A DNA stretch of 64,000 bases from Phoronis australis (Eukaryota > Animalia > Phoronida). The stretch spans positions 715,015-779,014 of the forward strand of contig NMRA01000056.1 of the NCBI GenBank assembly GCA_002633005.1, written 5' to 3'. Numbering within the stretch: position 1 is the first letter of the stretch; every line of letters begins with the position of its first letter. Below the pieces are notes generated by a model. That model saw only the letters and a list, made by a program, of their open reading frames with translations. It searched no databases and was not told the DNA's origin. Below are positions 40,801 through 51,470 of the stretch, piece after piece. The translations under genes and the position numbers were made by a program.

Positions 40801-43800
40801 CTTTGGCTTATCCACAACAGCTGGAATCAAAAGCAGACGTCATGATTCAAAACAAAAGTGAAACCAAACTCAACCTTTGGTGAGCTTAATGTGAGCAGCC
40901 TGCGCCCTCTTCAGGGCATCTTGCAAACCAGAATCATCGGGAGTCTCCCTCAACCCAAGCTGTAACAGAGAAGATCATACTTAAAGATACTGCGCCTATG
41001 TTGTTAATCATGTTCACATCATGTTGTGAGTAATCCTTTAAACAAAATTTCAAAATTTAGCTTAAAGGGACACTATCAATTTTACGGCCGAAAATCGCAT
41101 TTTTGTTATCAATGTTTGAGAATAGACTTCTTGAAGTTATTAGTCTTGATGAAATGGATAAAACAACAAAATCTGTTGTTTAGGTGATTTTATTACAAAT
41201 TGCCAACTCTCACCGTTGTCTGCCAGATGTTCGTTGAAATAAAGGCTAGTAACTTCACCACTTAAATTCGCTTAAAATAGCCTGCCGTTTATTGATTTGG
41301 GTTAAGGTACGTCAACACAGCCTTAGATTGCGACCCTGGAGGTTGCAGATTCAATTCTCCATTGAGGCTGATCTCAGACTATAACTTTTCCCATTAAAAT
41401 ATACTTCGGAAAATCAAATGTAAGAAAAGGCTTAGTGATCAGATTTAAATGAAACTTTCCACCATCAGTTCATCAAAAGCATGTGAGGAAGTGCGAAACT
41501 GTTTTAATAAAGTGTTTCACTTTGTGCGACAAAAAATTGGGATTTGATTTTTTTGAAAAAAGTCAAAAGTTGCATGAAACAAAAAAGGAAAAATAATTCT
41601 GAAAATAGTGACAGCCTTTTCGAGATGTCATATAAAATATTTTATACCACAATATCACCCTCGAATGGCCAATACAACGGTTTAATAACCTATTTAGTTA
41701 TTTAACACAAGAGTTTCGGGTTGTCGACTTTACCGCTGCTCCACTCAGCGGCTAAACATCATCGAACGTGAAAATAGAATACTTAAATGAGCACGCGCAA
41801 CAATCACATGTTCAACACACGACACTGTAATGACATTTATAAGCTATGAACAATAAGATGCAAAATTTCAATAGAAACAACATCTTTAATTCAGTAAAAT
41901 TTATATGTCGCTTTCTCTCACCTGTAAATCATCGATCTCCAGTTTGAATGCAAGTAACGTGCGGTCGGGATGCTCAGAAACCATTGGTAACCTAATTTAG
42001 CAAACAATATTTTCGCGGTGGAAGCTTAGCGTTATAAGATGTGTACTAAGCTAGTCAAGAGGAGTTGCTTTAAATAAAAATTATTTTACAGATTTACTTT
42101 AGTTTTGTTTTTGTTTCAATTTTTATTTGATTTTAAGTAAAACATCATTTTAACAAGAAAAACTCGGCGTTTCTTCAAAGGTCACGACCTCCGACCTCAG
42201 ACCTTTGACATAGAAAGTAGTTACAAAAGCCGAGGCGAATCAAGAAAGGTAGATCTATTCATTGCAATGTTTCTCATTCAGTATGTGGTATAAATAAACC
42301 ATTACGTTCTCGGTCGTTATCCCCCTTATCTAGAGCCCTCGGGAATTTTGGAGAATTATCACCCACTGGGCTAATGCCCCCTTGGGCGATAATTCTCCAA
42401 AATCCACTCGGGCTCTAGATTATGGGGGATAACGACTATATATATATATCAAAAGAAATTTAATCATGTTCCCCATACCATCAGCTTGGCAATGAACTTC
42501 CTTTTCTTTTTTGCTACATTGCAATAAAGTCATGGTGGCCTAACCCAATCAATGACAGACTGGTATGAACATGATTTCTTTCCATGATAGCAGGCTTTCT
42601 GCTTGAAGTTCAAAGTATATAGTCAATTTCACCGCTTTGTATATATTTGTCTCAATGCACGTACCGAGTTAAATTCTATAGCTTTGTATATATTTTTCTC
42701 AATGCACGTACTGAGTTAAATTCTATAGCTTTGTATATATTTTTCTCAATGCACGTACGTGCTGATAAGCCGACTGGTAACTTTAACACATTAAGTGAGT
42801 CTTTTAACTAAATGCTGCATTTGTTGCAACAGAGAAAAAATTTGACGTCACTTACTTTGTAAGAATTTATAGCATCTTTATAACTTTGAGCATGAAAAAG
42901 TGCTTCCCCTTTTCGATAGTAGCCCTGGAAAAACAAAATAATTCCTTACTTACAAACACACCTACATAAATGCGAACCTAATTGAATATTTAACCCACAT
43001 TTCCTCACCGACTTCATAACTATGTCACGTGACTATACAATAAATGAGCATAAATTTTGCAAGGTCACATGACACAGTTATGAAATAATGGATATTATTG
43101 GCTACCTAAAGGCCCTTTCATACTAACGTCAACGCGTCAATGTTTTAGGGAGTTGCGGTCAGTATGAATGGTTAACTTGGATCGAAGTTAACAGTGGCAA
43201 TTAACTTCGCAGTAAACAGATGGATTTAACAGCGGAGCGTCGACACTGCAGTGCAGTATGAAGGGTCAACTTCGGTCCCATCAAAGTTATCACCAAGCGC
43301 CACAGTGTCGTCGCTAGTTGCTTATATTTTGCTCGCACAATCACCAATAAAATTAGAAATAAGTTTTATGTCAATTAGAATGAGTAAATGTTCCAAATTG
43401 TTACCTTAAAAAAATCTTAGCATGCATGCTACCTTGCAATTACTTCAATGACAACAGCATCACCTACCGTTTACTTCGATGTCCGGTAACTAACGAAGCC
43501 GTTATGAGCAGTTCAGCTTTGCTTCAAGGCATATTAAACAATTTATTATAAAGTAAAATAAAAACTTAACATATAATGCCACGAACTTTGATTACTAAAT
43601 GTCCTGTTTAACATATTCCAGGCAAAGAAGTACTAAGCAAGCGTAAATTTCTGGTTGAATTATAGTATACCTTTGCCCACTTTGGATCCAATGCAATAAC
43701 TTTATTGGCGTCTTCCAATGCCAAATAGTACTGATCCATTTTCAGGAAACCTAATGATCGGTTGCTATAAAGCTTCGGATCCTTCGTGTTCTGCTTTATA

Positions 43801-45001
43801 GCATGAGTGTAATGAATCACAGCTTCCACGTGGTTTCCAGATTTCATACAGGCATTACCCTTTTCTTTAGGGTTTTCATTGTCAGCCTGAAAATGCAACA
43901 AAACTGAAATCAAATACACCAATTTGGATTTACGCCTAATGCAAGGGTGGCACCAGTAGCATGCAAAAGGGAGGGGCGGCAGCCTCGGGAATTCACATCG
44001 GGCGGGGGGAGGGGAATTTTGAAGAGTTGAGCGAGAGGCTTGCATCTTGTTTCTGCATTCACTTCCAAACACAAACTTAAGGTCAACGCAAACTTAACAA
44101 TGTTCGATAGCAAGTCAGTTATCGCATTCCACACTCAATCTGACAGATAGCTCACTTTGAAGTGCACTCAGTCTGCAAATAGTTCAATTCCTCAAAAATA
44201 TAATTTTGTTTTTTTGTTAAAGGGGAATTATCACTGAAAAAGCATTTCTGTGATTATTGATGGATGGGATAGACTTGATGAACTTATTAGTTTCGAACAA
44301 AGCTATAAAACAACAAAATCTCCATTATTGTAATTTTACTACAAACCACCATGGAAATTAACAACAACAGTATATCTTCCATTTGTTAACACTTGCTGAC
44401 AGATTGCAGGCTTGAGCACTGATAGTTAGGGACACGCTGTAACTGCAATAATGAATCAACTCTAAACTGAAGTTTCTCTCACTCAGACACTAAGCCCCAG
44501 AATATAACTCTAGCATAGCGTATCCACAATCAGTGGGGGGTTTCAAAAAGGTGTTCGAATCGAGGTCTTTTGCACTGTGGCAATGGGCTGCAGCGTCATT
44601 CACTCAATTCTGTGTCTGTGGCCGTGGGCTTTTAAGGTATGCCGCAAGTTTTCACTTAGGCGGTAGCTTAGCTACTACAAGTACAGTAGAAGTTGTTGAC
44701 AAGTGCTGGACTTGAAATAAATTGATGGTCCTTTAAAATCACGTGTAAATTGAGAAATATTTACACCACTTTTGAAGTTTGTTATAGTATTGCCCGTGGC
44801 GTTGAAGGTTTTGGGCCGGGGATCTTTCGGAAATTACCGGTAATCAACTAAAAACAAAAAGCATCACAAACACAATTAGACCATTCAAAAAATCAGTGAT
44901 AATGGAACAGGGCGCTTTCTAAAACCCAGCTTTAACGATGTATCTGCAATTTGAGAACATTTCGGAAAGCTATAAAATCTCACGCTGCTAGCGGAAGACA
45001 T
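34830..45001 (-). CDS. Membrane-anchored TPR protein (3 TPR, STI1/HOP-like carboxylate clamp, 2 C-terminal TM helices), 248 aa, 8 coding exons
   Basis: GT-AG exons with consistent phases: 45001-44984 (MSSASS; least certain), 43886-43671 (ADNENPKEKGNACMKSGNHVEAVIHYTHAIKQNTKDPKLYSNRSLGFLKMDQYYLALEDANKVIALDPKWAK), 42924-42856 (GYYRKGEALFHAQSYKDAINSYK), 40959-40875 (LGLRETPDDSGLQDALKRAQAAHIKLTK), 40421-40321 (EDFRRPIFGIVTGAVLGLLVVFMDQTATKEPALQ), 38779-38709 (NVIIQALLVLALAGFGFAMGKVF), 36422-36364 (NFIYKKTRESLLEEPGDLLE), 34957-34830 (DQDAAS...GKQRMRKARRS*). Total 747 nt, open frame. Confidence 0.88.
36010..36357. repeat. 60-bp minisatellite, ~5.8 copies
   Basis: Unit agaatacaaagatgcctattccaataaagaggtgataatatgtgcacctcaaagtccactaaaatcatt-like; produces the spurious repetitive ORFs on both strands. 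Confidence 0.95.
36629..37090. mobile_element. TTAA-type (Kolobok/piggyBac-like) MITE
   Basis: ggttatgta ... tacataacc ends, flanks tcaa/ttaa. Relatives at ~4321-4750 (opposite orientation) and ~51870-52372 share ggtcacatgacc and gaaagtttcat. Confidence 0.55.
39346..39440. repeat. ~95-bp palindrome carrying two inverted CTCF-like motifs
   Basis: aaacatttt..ctggtctgcacgccacctgttgg.cacat / atgtggccaacaggtggcgtgcagaccag..aaaatgttt. A half copy lies at 57838-57890. Confidence 0.85.
39733..39870 (+). mobile_element. tRNA-derived SINE remnant
   Basis: A-box-like tgcggcgtactgg, B-box gggttcgagcc, followed by a cccttgag core-like motif; no cloverleaf. Confidence 0.45.
42313..42436. repeat. ~124-bp near-perfect palindrome (foldback mini-element)
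   Basis: gtcgttatcccc..atctagagccc..ttttggagaattatc.ccca mirrored by tggg.cgataattctccaaaa..gggctctagat..ggggataacgac; followed by a (TA)n run. Confidence 0.85.
42634..42758. repeat. 47-bp tandem repeat, ~2.6 copies
   Basis: gctttgtatatatttttctcaatgcacgtac starts at 42634, 42681 and 42728. Confidence 0.9.
43111..43520. mobile_element. Partial copy of the 8659-9087 MITE family, in a TPR-gene intron
   Basis: Starts ggccctttcatactaac; shares gagtt(a/g)cggtcagtatgaa(c/t)ggttaactt, catcaaagttatc and aattagaaataagtt. Confidence 0.6.
44221..44732. mobile_element. TTAA-flanked Kolobok-like MITE in TPR-gene intron 1
   Basis: ttaa|agggga...tggtcct|ttaa; its first ~150 bp are homologous to 41066-41230 (atagactt..gaa.ttattagt...ataaaacaacaaaatc). 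Confidence 0.45.
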
Positions 45002-45307
45002 TTTCCAGTATTTCCTGTTGGTGTTAAGCCCAAATAAGGTTTTCGAATAATTGATTTCAGTTTAATATGTTTAAAATTTAAGGATTTTCGTAACTTTTAA
45101 TCTATATTTCAATCTGATCCATCGGTTTTCATCGTTTATAACATCATATCTACTGTGCAACAATAAACAAAATTCGAATAAAGTAACTTCCTTCAACAAT
45201 TTAACCAATCAAAACGTCTGAACAAAGGAAAGAGTTTACCGCCATTTCTGATTTTTGTGCCCGGTTTGAACGAACTGCAGCACAAAAACGAAACTATTCT
45301 GTGAAAC
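45002..45307. promoter_or_regulatory. Bidirectional promoter shared by the TPR gene and ASF1
   Basis: Divergent ATGs at 45001 (-) and 45308 (+). CCAAT at 45205-45209; overlapping E2F-like/YY1-like TTTACCGCCATTT at 45235-45247; CHR-like TTTGAA at 45265-45270. Motif function is inferred. Confidence 0.65.
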
Positions 45308-48300
45308 ATGACTGTAAACATATCCGACGTTAAGGTGCTGGATAACCCATCACTTTTCCAAAATCCGTTTCAGTTTGAGATCACATTTGAGTGTTTGGAG
45401 CACCTTTCCGATGGTAAGTAAACACCCGGTCTCTGGCACTTTGGATCTGAACTTGGAAGATAAATAAGATGAAAGATCAGTTTCACTTTGTCGTTTCACA
45501 TTTGTGTGCTTCATATTTCCGTTATCTAGTTTTAAGCGCTGTCAATATTCAAACCATCGTTAGCTGATGGTTTTTGACTGTTTTCAACCTGTGGTCAAAG
45601 TTAACACCAAGTGAAAGTTTGATTTAGGCCACAACATAGTCTTACTCTTAGTCTTAGACTCTTAGACTTGAAACGTGACTTACTTTAAAGAAGAATGCCA
45701 CCCGATTTAATTAGTCTTTTTTACTGTCTTAATCTGTCTATATCCACATCGCCTCTTATACGGTCGACCTCACCTTGCTGAGAGGTGTCGCGTTAACATG
45801 TGAGGAAGGTTAGAAACAAAGCAGCGACATTAGTGGTTCATCTGCAGAGTGAATGCCGCTACATTGCGCTGCATCGTTCCCGCTTGTCCGAACTATGAAG
45901 CTGCGAAAAAAGCGGGTAGTTTTTTCGACTTCCTCGAGAGCTCGAAATGCTTAGGAAGTGGCTCACGGTAGTGAAGAATGAAAGGTATGCTGTTAATAGC
46001 AAGTATGAGGCCGTGAAACATCTCCGTGTCTGTTGCCGGCATTTCGTCGACAGTGATTTCTGTGATGAATTCAGGCTTACCAAAGAACTATCCATTAGTT
46101 CTGTTGCCTTTGTATGTTCACGGTGCCTCTCTAGTATTTCTTGATCAGTGTATTTGTGTTTGAACTGATAGCCTGAAACCTAACGATCCGACCCGTGAAG
46201 TCTTCATCGGATGCCAGTGAGCTCTTGACTAAGTTGGGATTGGTGCCAGGCGTGTTGCCATGTAGACGTTTATTATTTTGCGTTCTGTTTCTAAATGAAT
46301 TATTCTCATCCTAAAATGATCCTAACCATGCTTATATGAAGCTGAAACAAAGTCCGTCTCATTAGTTACAATTTGTAATGCCTTGGAGTGTTCGTGAGTG
46401 CAAATGTTTTGAGATGCCAGCAATGAATAAATCACAGCGTTACCGGCTTCAGATGCAATAATTAAGGTAAATGACCGATGTGGATATAGACCGATTAAGA
46501 CGGTAAGACTAATTAAATCGGGTGGCCTGCTTTAACCAGTTTTATGTCTTTTTCCAGATCTGGAATGGAAGATAATCTACGTGGGCTCTGCTGAAAGCGA
46601 AGATTACGATCAGATTTTAGATTCTGTTTTTGTGGGTCCTATTCCCCCTGGGAAGCATATGTTTGTTTTTCAAGTACGTAAACAAATTTTCTTCATTTTT
46701 ATGAAGTTTCAAAAACACGTTTCAATTTGTTTAATAGTAGCAATTAAAAATAATTACAGAAAATGTCATTTATTTATATTTTAATGCCAAGAATTTCACA
46801 GTTTTGTAATAGTAACTGTACTGTACAAAGTAGGCTAGCAGTGCAGTGAAATTTCATTTATGTGTATTTATTGAGAAATTTGGCAAAATGAAATTTCATT
46901 TTGCTTCGTATTATGATCTAAATTTCAGAAAATTATTCGTAATCGGATTGTTTAACCTACAATGCCATGAACACGCTTGTCACACAGGTCAAATTCCGAC
47001 AGTTCAAATGTGACAACCCTTCATTGAATTATATTCACATTTTATCCCTCATTTCAGGCTAATCCACCCAACACGGACAAGATACCCTTACCTGATGCAG
47101 TAGGCGTTACAGTTGTACTGTTGACGTGTTCGTATAGAAACCAGGAATTCATCCGCGTTGGTTACTATGTCAACAATGAGTATACCGATCCGGAACTAAG
47201 GGAAAACCCTCCGGGAGTGCCAGACTTTAAAAAGGTTGGACGTTCGATAAAACATTTGTCATGGATCATTGGCTTTGTTCAATTTCACTTTCTGCTGGTC
47301 TTCAGTTGTCCGTTACAGAGACAGGATTACCTGTGACAATTTGACATTCTGCGACAAAACTTGCTTGAAATTCTGTGACATTTTGAAAATTTTGTGACAG
47401 TGTGAGCCAAGTAGGCTGTTACATTTTTGTTGGTTTTAGAAATACTTTATACTGCATCAAGTGATGGTTCACGTTTTTTCTCAAATTGCATGATTTTGGA
47501 ATTCACCATGATCATTGGCAAATTTATGATACACATAAAGTTGATGTGAAAAACTGGCAACTGAGACTTACCTGTGACATTTTGAAAATTTTGAGACGTG
47601 ACGAATTGTGACTTGCCATTCAACACGAATCCTTAGTCTGTCATTAAAAAGAACTATGTTCTTTCAATTTCGCTGACAATGACAAAGTCGCTATGGAGCT
47701 ATATAACTTTTTATGCTAGAAAATGTTCCATTCAATTTTGATTTCATTGTTTGCAGTTATTGTTTGACCTTTCCAAATTTCTTTATGTTATTACTGTTTT
47801 TTAGATATTGTATGCAAATTTAATTGAAGCACCATTTGTTTGGTTTTTTGATATGGCAAATTAGCATTCCTATTTAAGAATGATCAAAGGATGAAGCAAA
47901 CGGAGTTTATTGAAATTTGCGATTTCGGCTTGACCTACTTAGCCCCGTGTGCATTTCCTCCATACTCAGTCTAAACTTGGGAATCGTGAAAAGGTGATTA
48001 GGCCAAAACAAGGATTGTTAGTTCGGGTCTTTACCCCGACTCATTTTGGGATCTGCTCTCACTGTCTATAAAAGTCCTACCGGTATCAGTTTCGGTCAAG
48101 GTCTCGTGTTTTTTTTTGAAAAACTGCACAAAGGCATAAAAAGCAAACAAGACTTGAAAGCCACGATTTGCCAAGCGACAAATAAAAAAATCCATCATTT
48201 TTGCTGGTCTCAGGTGGATTTTCTTTTTTTGGAAAGGGACGCAACTATTAAGAATACTGCACCACCGACTCAGTTTTTAAAAAATCCTCAAACCAGAACC

Positions 48301-48636
48301 AACTATTAAATAATTTGTGGCCTTAATTGTGTACTATAGCTTGGAAACTGTTGATGACTGAAATACTCAATTTTTTTTTTGAAATTCTGTAAGGTAATGT
48401 ACGCTCTCTCATTCTAGTTAACACGAAATATTCTGGCCACATCGCCACGAGTCACAAGATTCAAGATCGAGTGGGACAACGCTGGTTCGGAAAATGTACC
48501 TCCAGCGGGGAACACAAGCAACGAGTCTAATCTTCCAGTCCAGCAACAGCAGCAGTCAGCCAGCAATAGTGACCAGTTCCCGTTAAAATTGAACAATACG
48601 GATAGTAATAATGCTGAACCGATGGAGTCTAGTTAG
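45308..48636 (+). CDS. ASF1: Histone H3-H4 chaperone ASF1, 205 aa, 4 coding exons
   Basis: Exons 45308-45413 ([35 protein letters not shown]), 46558-46673 ([39 protein letters not shown]), 47058-47234 ([59 protein letters not shown]), 48418-48636 ([20 protein letters not shown]...MESS*). All introns GT-AG and in phase; clear ASF1 family sequence. Confidence 0.97.
45689..46531 (+). mobile_element. Kolobok-like non-autonomous DNA transposon with a frameshifted THAP-domain remnant, in ASF1 intron 1
   Basis: TTAA on both sides (45685-45688, 46532-46535), AG...CT termini, ~60-bp imperfect TIRs (gccacccgatttaattagtctt...tatatccacatcg). Internal CIVPACPN...[fs][14 protein letters not shown]...[13 protein letters not shown] matches the THAP C2CH signature. 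TTAA plus RR termini plus THAP are Kolobok hallmarks. Confidence 0.8.
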
Positions 48637-48775
48637 CCCAGAATGCATTGCTGCCTATCTGGGATTGTTTTATAACGGACGTATAGTCAAAAAATCACTC
48701 TATCCTGTTCGGTTATCAGACGTTTTATAAAAGAAGTAATAGTTGTGGACAAGTGATAGTGTGNGACGCAACTAA

Positions 48776-49589
48776 GGGCTGTTCCAGTAAAATCCATGTG
48801 GGAGGGGGGGGACGGCAGTAGAAATAAAAATTCATGGGTGGTGGTCTTCAGAAAAAAACTCAAATTATGGGTGGTCGTTCCTGTAAGAAGTGATGCATTA
48901 AAAATGGGTGGTATTTTTTGACCAGTTAATGTTGACAGGTTGGTTACTTCAGCGTCAAAACTCACATTGGCATAATTATATCTTAACTTATCCCAGTACA
49001 AAAAGTCCATATTGCCAGTGAACAGAGTGCAATATGTTCAGTAAGCCATTAATCAAGTCATGGGCAACTTGATTTGAGCCAAATGTTTGTCTCCAGTCCT
49101 ATTGAATTGAAAAGTTATGCAACACTAAACTGGTGTTAACACATATAAGAAAATTGATGATTTTTAAATAAAAAGTATGAAGAGTAAGATAAACAAGTTC
49201 CAATATTCACTTGACATAGAAGTATAAAAGAGTTCGTGGAGACAGTTTGAGATTCATAGATCCTTATAATTGAAAAAGTGTTCATTGAAATTATAGACAC
49301 ATGGTGACCAGAGACACCTGGTGGCTGCCAAAAGTATTGCTCACAGGCTACTTTAGTTTTTGACAATAGTGGACGAGACAACTAGTTCTTGTCTGTCAAT
49401 CATCTAAGTTCTTAACAGGTCCTCCTGGAGACAATTTGTTTGCAAGTGTTGGATTTTATATTTTAACCTATTAAAAATAATTGAAAAAATATGGGTCATG
49501 GGTTGGAGAAATAAATGAAAAATATGGGCGGTGGGTACGAAATAAAAGTGCCTTCCCCCCCTCCCATACAGATTTTGCTGGAACAGCCC
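48776..49589. mobile_element. PIF/Harbinger-type MITE, 814 bp
   Basis: TIRs gggctgttccagtaaaatcc / gattttgctggaacagccc with 3-bp TAA TSD (48773-48775, 49590-49592). Absent from the homologous site at ~48246. Confidence 0.85.
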
Positions 49590-49758
49590 TAAAAGAATAC
49601 TGCACCACCGACTCAATTTTTAAAAAATCCTCAAACCAGAACCAACTATTAAATAATTTGTGGCCTTAATTGTGTACTATAGCTTGGAAACTGTTGATGA
49701 CTGAAATACTCAATTCTTTTTGAAATTCTATAAGGTAATGTACGCTCTCTCATTCTAG

Positions 49759-49977
49759 TTAACACGAAATATTCTGGCCACATCGCCACGAGTCACAAGA
49801 TTCAAGATCGAATGGGACAACGCTGGTTCGGAAAATGTACCTCCAGCGGGGAACACAAGCAACGAGTCTAATCTTCCAGTCCAGCAACAGCAGCAGTCAG
49901 CCAGCAATAGTGACCAGTTCCCGTTAAAATTGAACAATACGGATAGTAATAATGCTGAACCGATGGAGTCTAGTTAG
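49759..49977 (+). CDS. ASF1: Second, near-identical copy of the ASF1 terminal exon (probably the other haplotype; this copy continues into the 3' UTR)
   Basis: Same acceptor (ctctctcattctag|TTA) and same 72-aa translation as 48418-48636; the only coding difference I found is a synonymous GAG/GAA. Offset 1341 bp. Confidence 0.85.
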   Translation, partial: LTRNILATSPRVTRFKIEWDNAGSENVPPAGNTSNESNLPVQQQQQSASNSDQFPLKLNNTDSNNAEPMESS

Positions 49978-50169
49978 CCCAGAATGCATTGCTGCCTATC
50001 TGGGATTGTTTTATAACGGACGTATAGTCAAAAAATCACTCTATCCTGTTCGGTTATCAGACGTTTTATAAAAGAAGTAATAGTTGTGGACAAGTGATAG
50101 TGTGTTATGTGCTACAAATGTGGAATGAATGTGTTGCTGTGGCTGTTCTGCTGGCCTCAGGATAAAAGC

Positions 50170-50700
50170 CAAATCTTTTCTCAAGAAGTTGTGCTTTGAT
50201 GATGACATAGAACAAAAAACTGCAGAGAAGGGAATTTTGTCCAACCGGGTCGATCAGGTATCTCCAGCCAGTTGCTGGGAAAATGACTAGTGGTTTTAGT
50301 TTGTTGTTCAGGCTATTGAAAGCTTTAGAAAGGTCCATGAACTTTGAGGGAATATCTGCCTATTGTTTAATTCTTCGCCCACTAGATGAGTGGTAACTAC
50401 ACATGTGGTTGGCATTTTGTATGCCTTTATTTTGACTCTTCGTTATTTTTCAAATCACGTTATGAATCCTGGTGAAGCTCGACACAGCTATATGGCTGGG
50501 ATCCACCCCCATGTCAACATGTGGATTCTTGGACAATAACACCTCCTGTTGGCCATTTTGAGTTTTGGCTGTATATACTCTTTGTGTGTCAGTTTTTGTT
50601 AAACATTTTGATAGATTGTTAAGAAACATGACACAAATATATGGCAGGGATGCACCAGCACTAGTTGATAAGGTTTGCAAACGGATTTGACCATGCTACA
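50170..50700 (-). mobile_element. Highly decayed non-LTR retrotransposon (CR1/L2-like) RT relic, antisense in the ASF1 3' UTR
   Basis: Collinear motif remnants on minus: SSFTRI (cf. SKIFE), AYK (cf. AYRK), FMDLSKAFNSL (cf. DLSKAFD), GQNSLLCSFLFYVII (cf. PQGSILGPLLFNIFI). Confidence 0.6.
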
Positions 50701-51411
50701 GCACTCTCGTTGGTTATGGCTTTCTGCAAGATATTCATTCTCAAAGTTGTCCTCATTACCTCCAGAACTGTGTGTGGACTATTCACGAACAATCAACCCA
50801 TAACGATTTTGAATAATATCAGAAAGATTCTGATAGTTCATTTTGAAATAGTATTAGTCTTTAAACTTAATTTCCTGTTCCGTAATACTGAATTGTCAGT
50901 AAAAATTCTAGATTCATAACAAACCTTTCGTTAAGAGTGATTTCTGCAATTGATGTTGGGCTTGCTTCTTTGAAGTTAGAAGCACGGAGCCTGTTTTCTC
51001 AAAGGTCACAAGTCTTGGCCAAGATAGTTCACACTGTTCATTATTGTGGCTTGTGAAGGCATGCTTTAACTTTTATAAAAAAATTATAAACTTTACATTA
51101 GTTGCAATGTTTTCGCTTTCCTAAAAGCAGTGTCCTTTGCAATACAGTGCCTATGACCGGGTGTTTGATAAAATGGGCTCGTGGTCCCCTATTTCCAGGG
51201 GAAACAAGAATGTTCTATGTACATAAGTTGTAGACACTGATTCTGAATCATTTGTGTAATATTTATTTTTTATTCTCCTCAACTATTTTTGTACAATGTA
51301 AGAAATGATTTTCCGTTCAGTAGTCACTGTGTCTACCAAAAGTGTTGAAGACAGAATTGCTTTATCAAGTAGAATTAGAACAAGTTTATAGGACAACTGA
51401 TGTTTGCGACT

Positions 51412-51470
51412 TGTACATAATAAATTAATAAATGTTTAATAATAAGTTCATTGTTATGTTTACCATGTGT
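51412..51470 (+). terminator. Probable ASF1 polyadenylation region
   Basis: TGTA at 51412, tandem AATAAA at 51419 and 51427, and a downstream GT/T-rich tract (ttgttatgtttaccatgtgtttc). Confidence 0.55.

Noticed and set aside
41300-41375. tRNA-like A/B boxes (also 55395-55461 on minus)
   Set aside because: No cloverleaf can be folded; at most SINE-head remnants.
41922-41991. Exon-like segment (GYQWFLS...) with AG/GT ends as a candidate TPR exon
   Set aside because: No TPR pattern; 42856-42924 supplies the expected GYYRKG helix in the correct phase.
43887-44072. N-terminal half of the 154-aa ORF
   Set aside because: Intron read-through upstream of the acceptor at 43887; only 43671-43886 is TPR coding.
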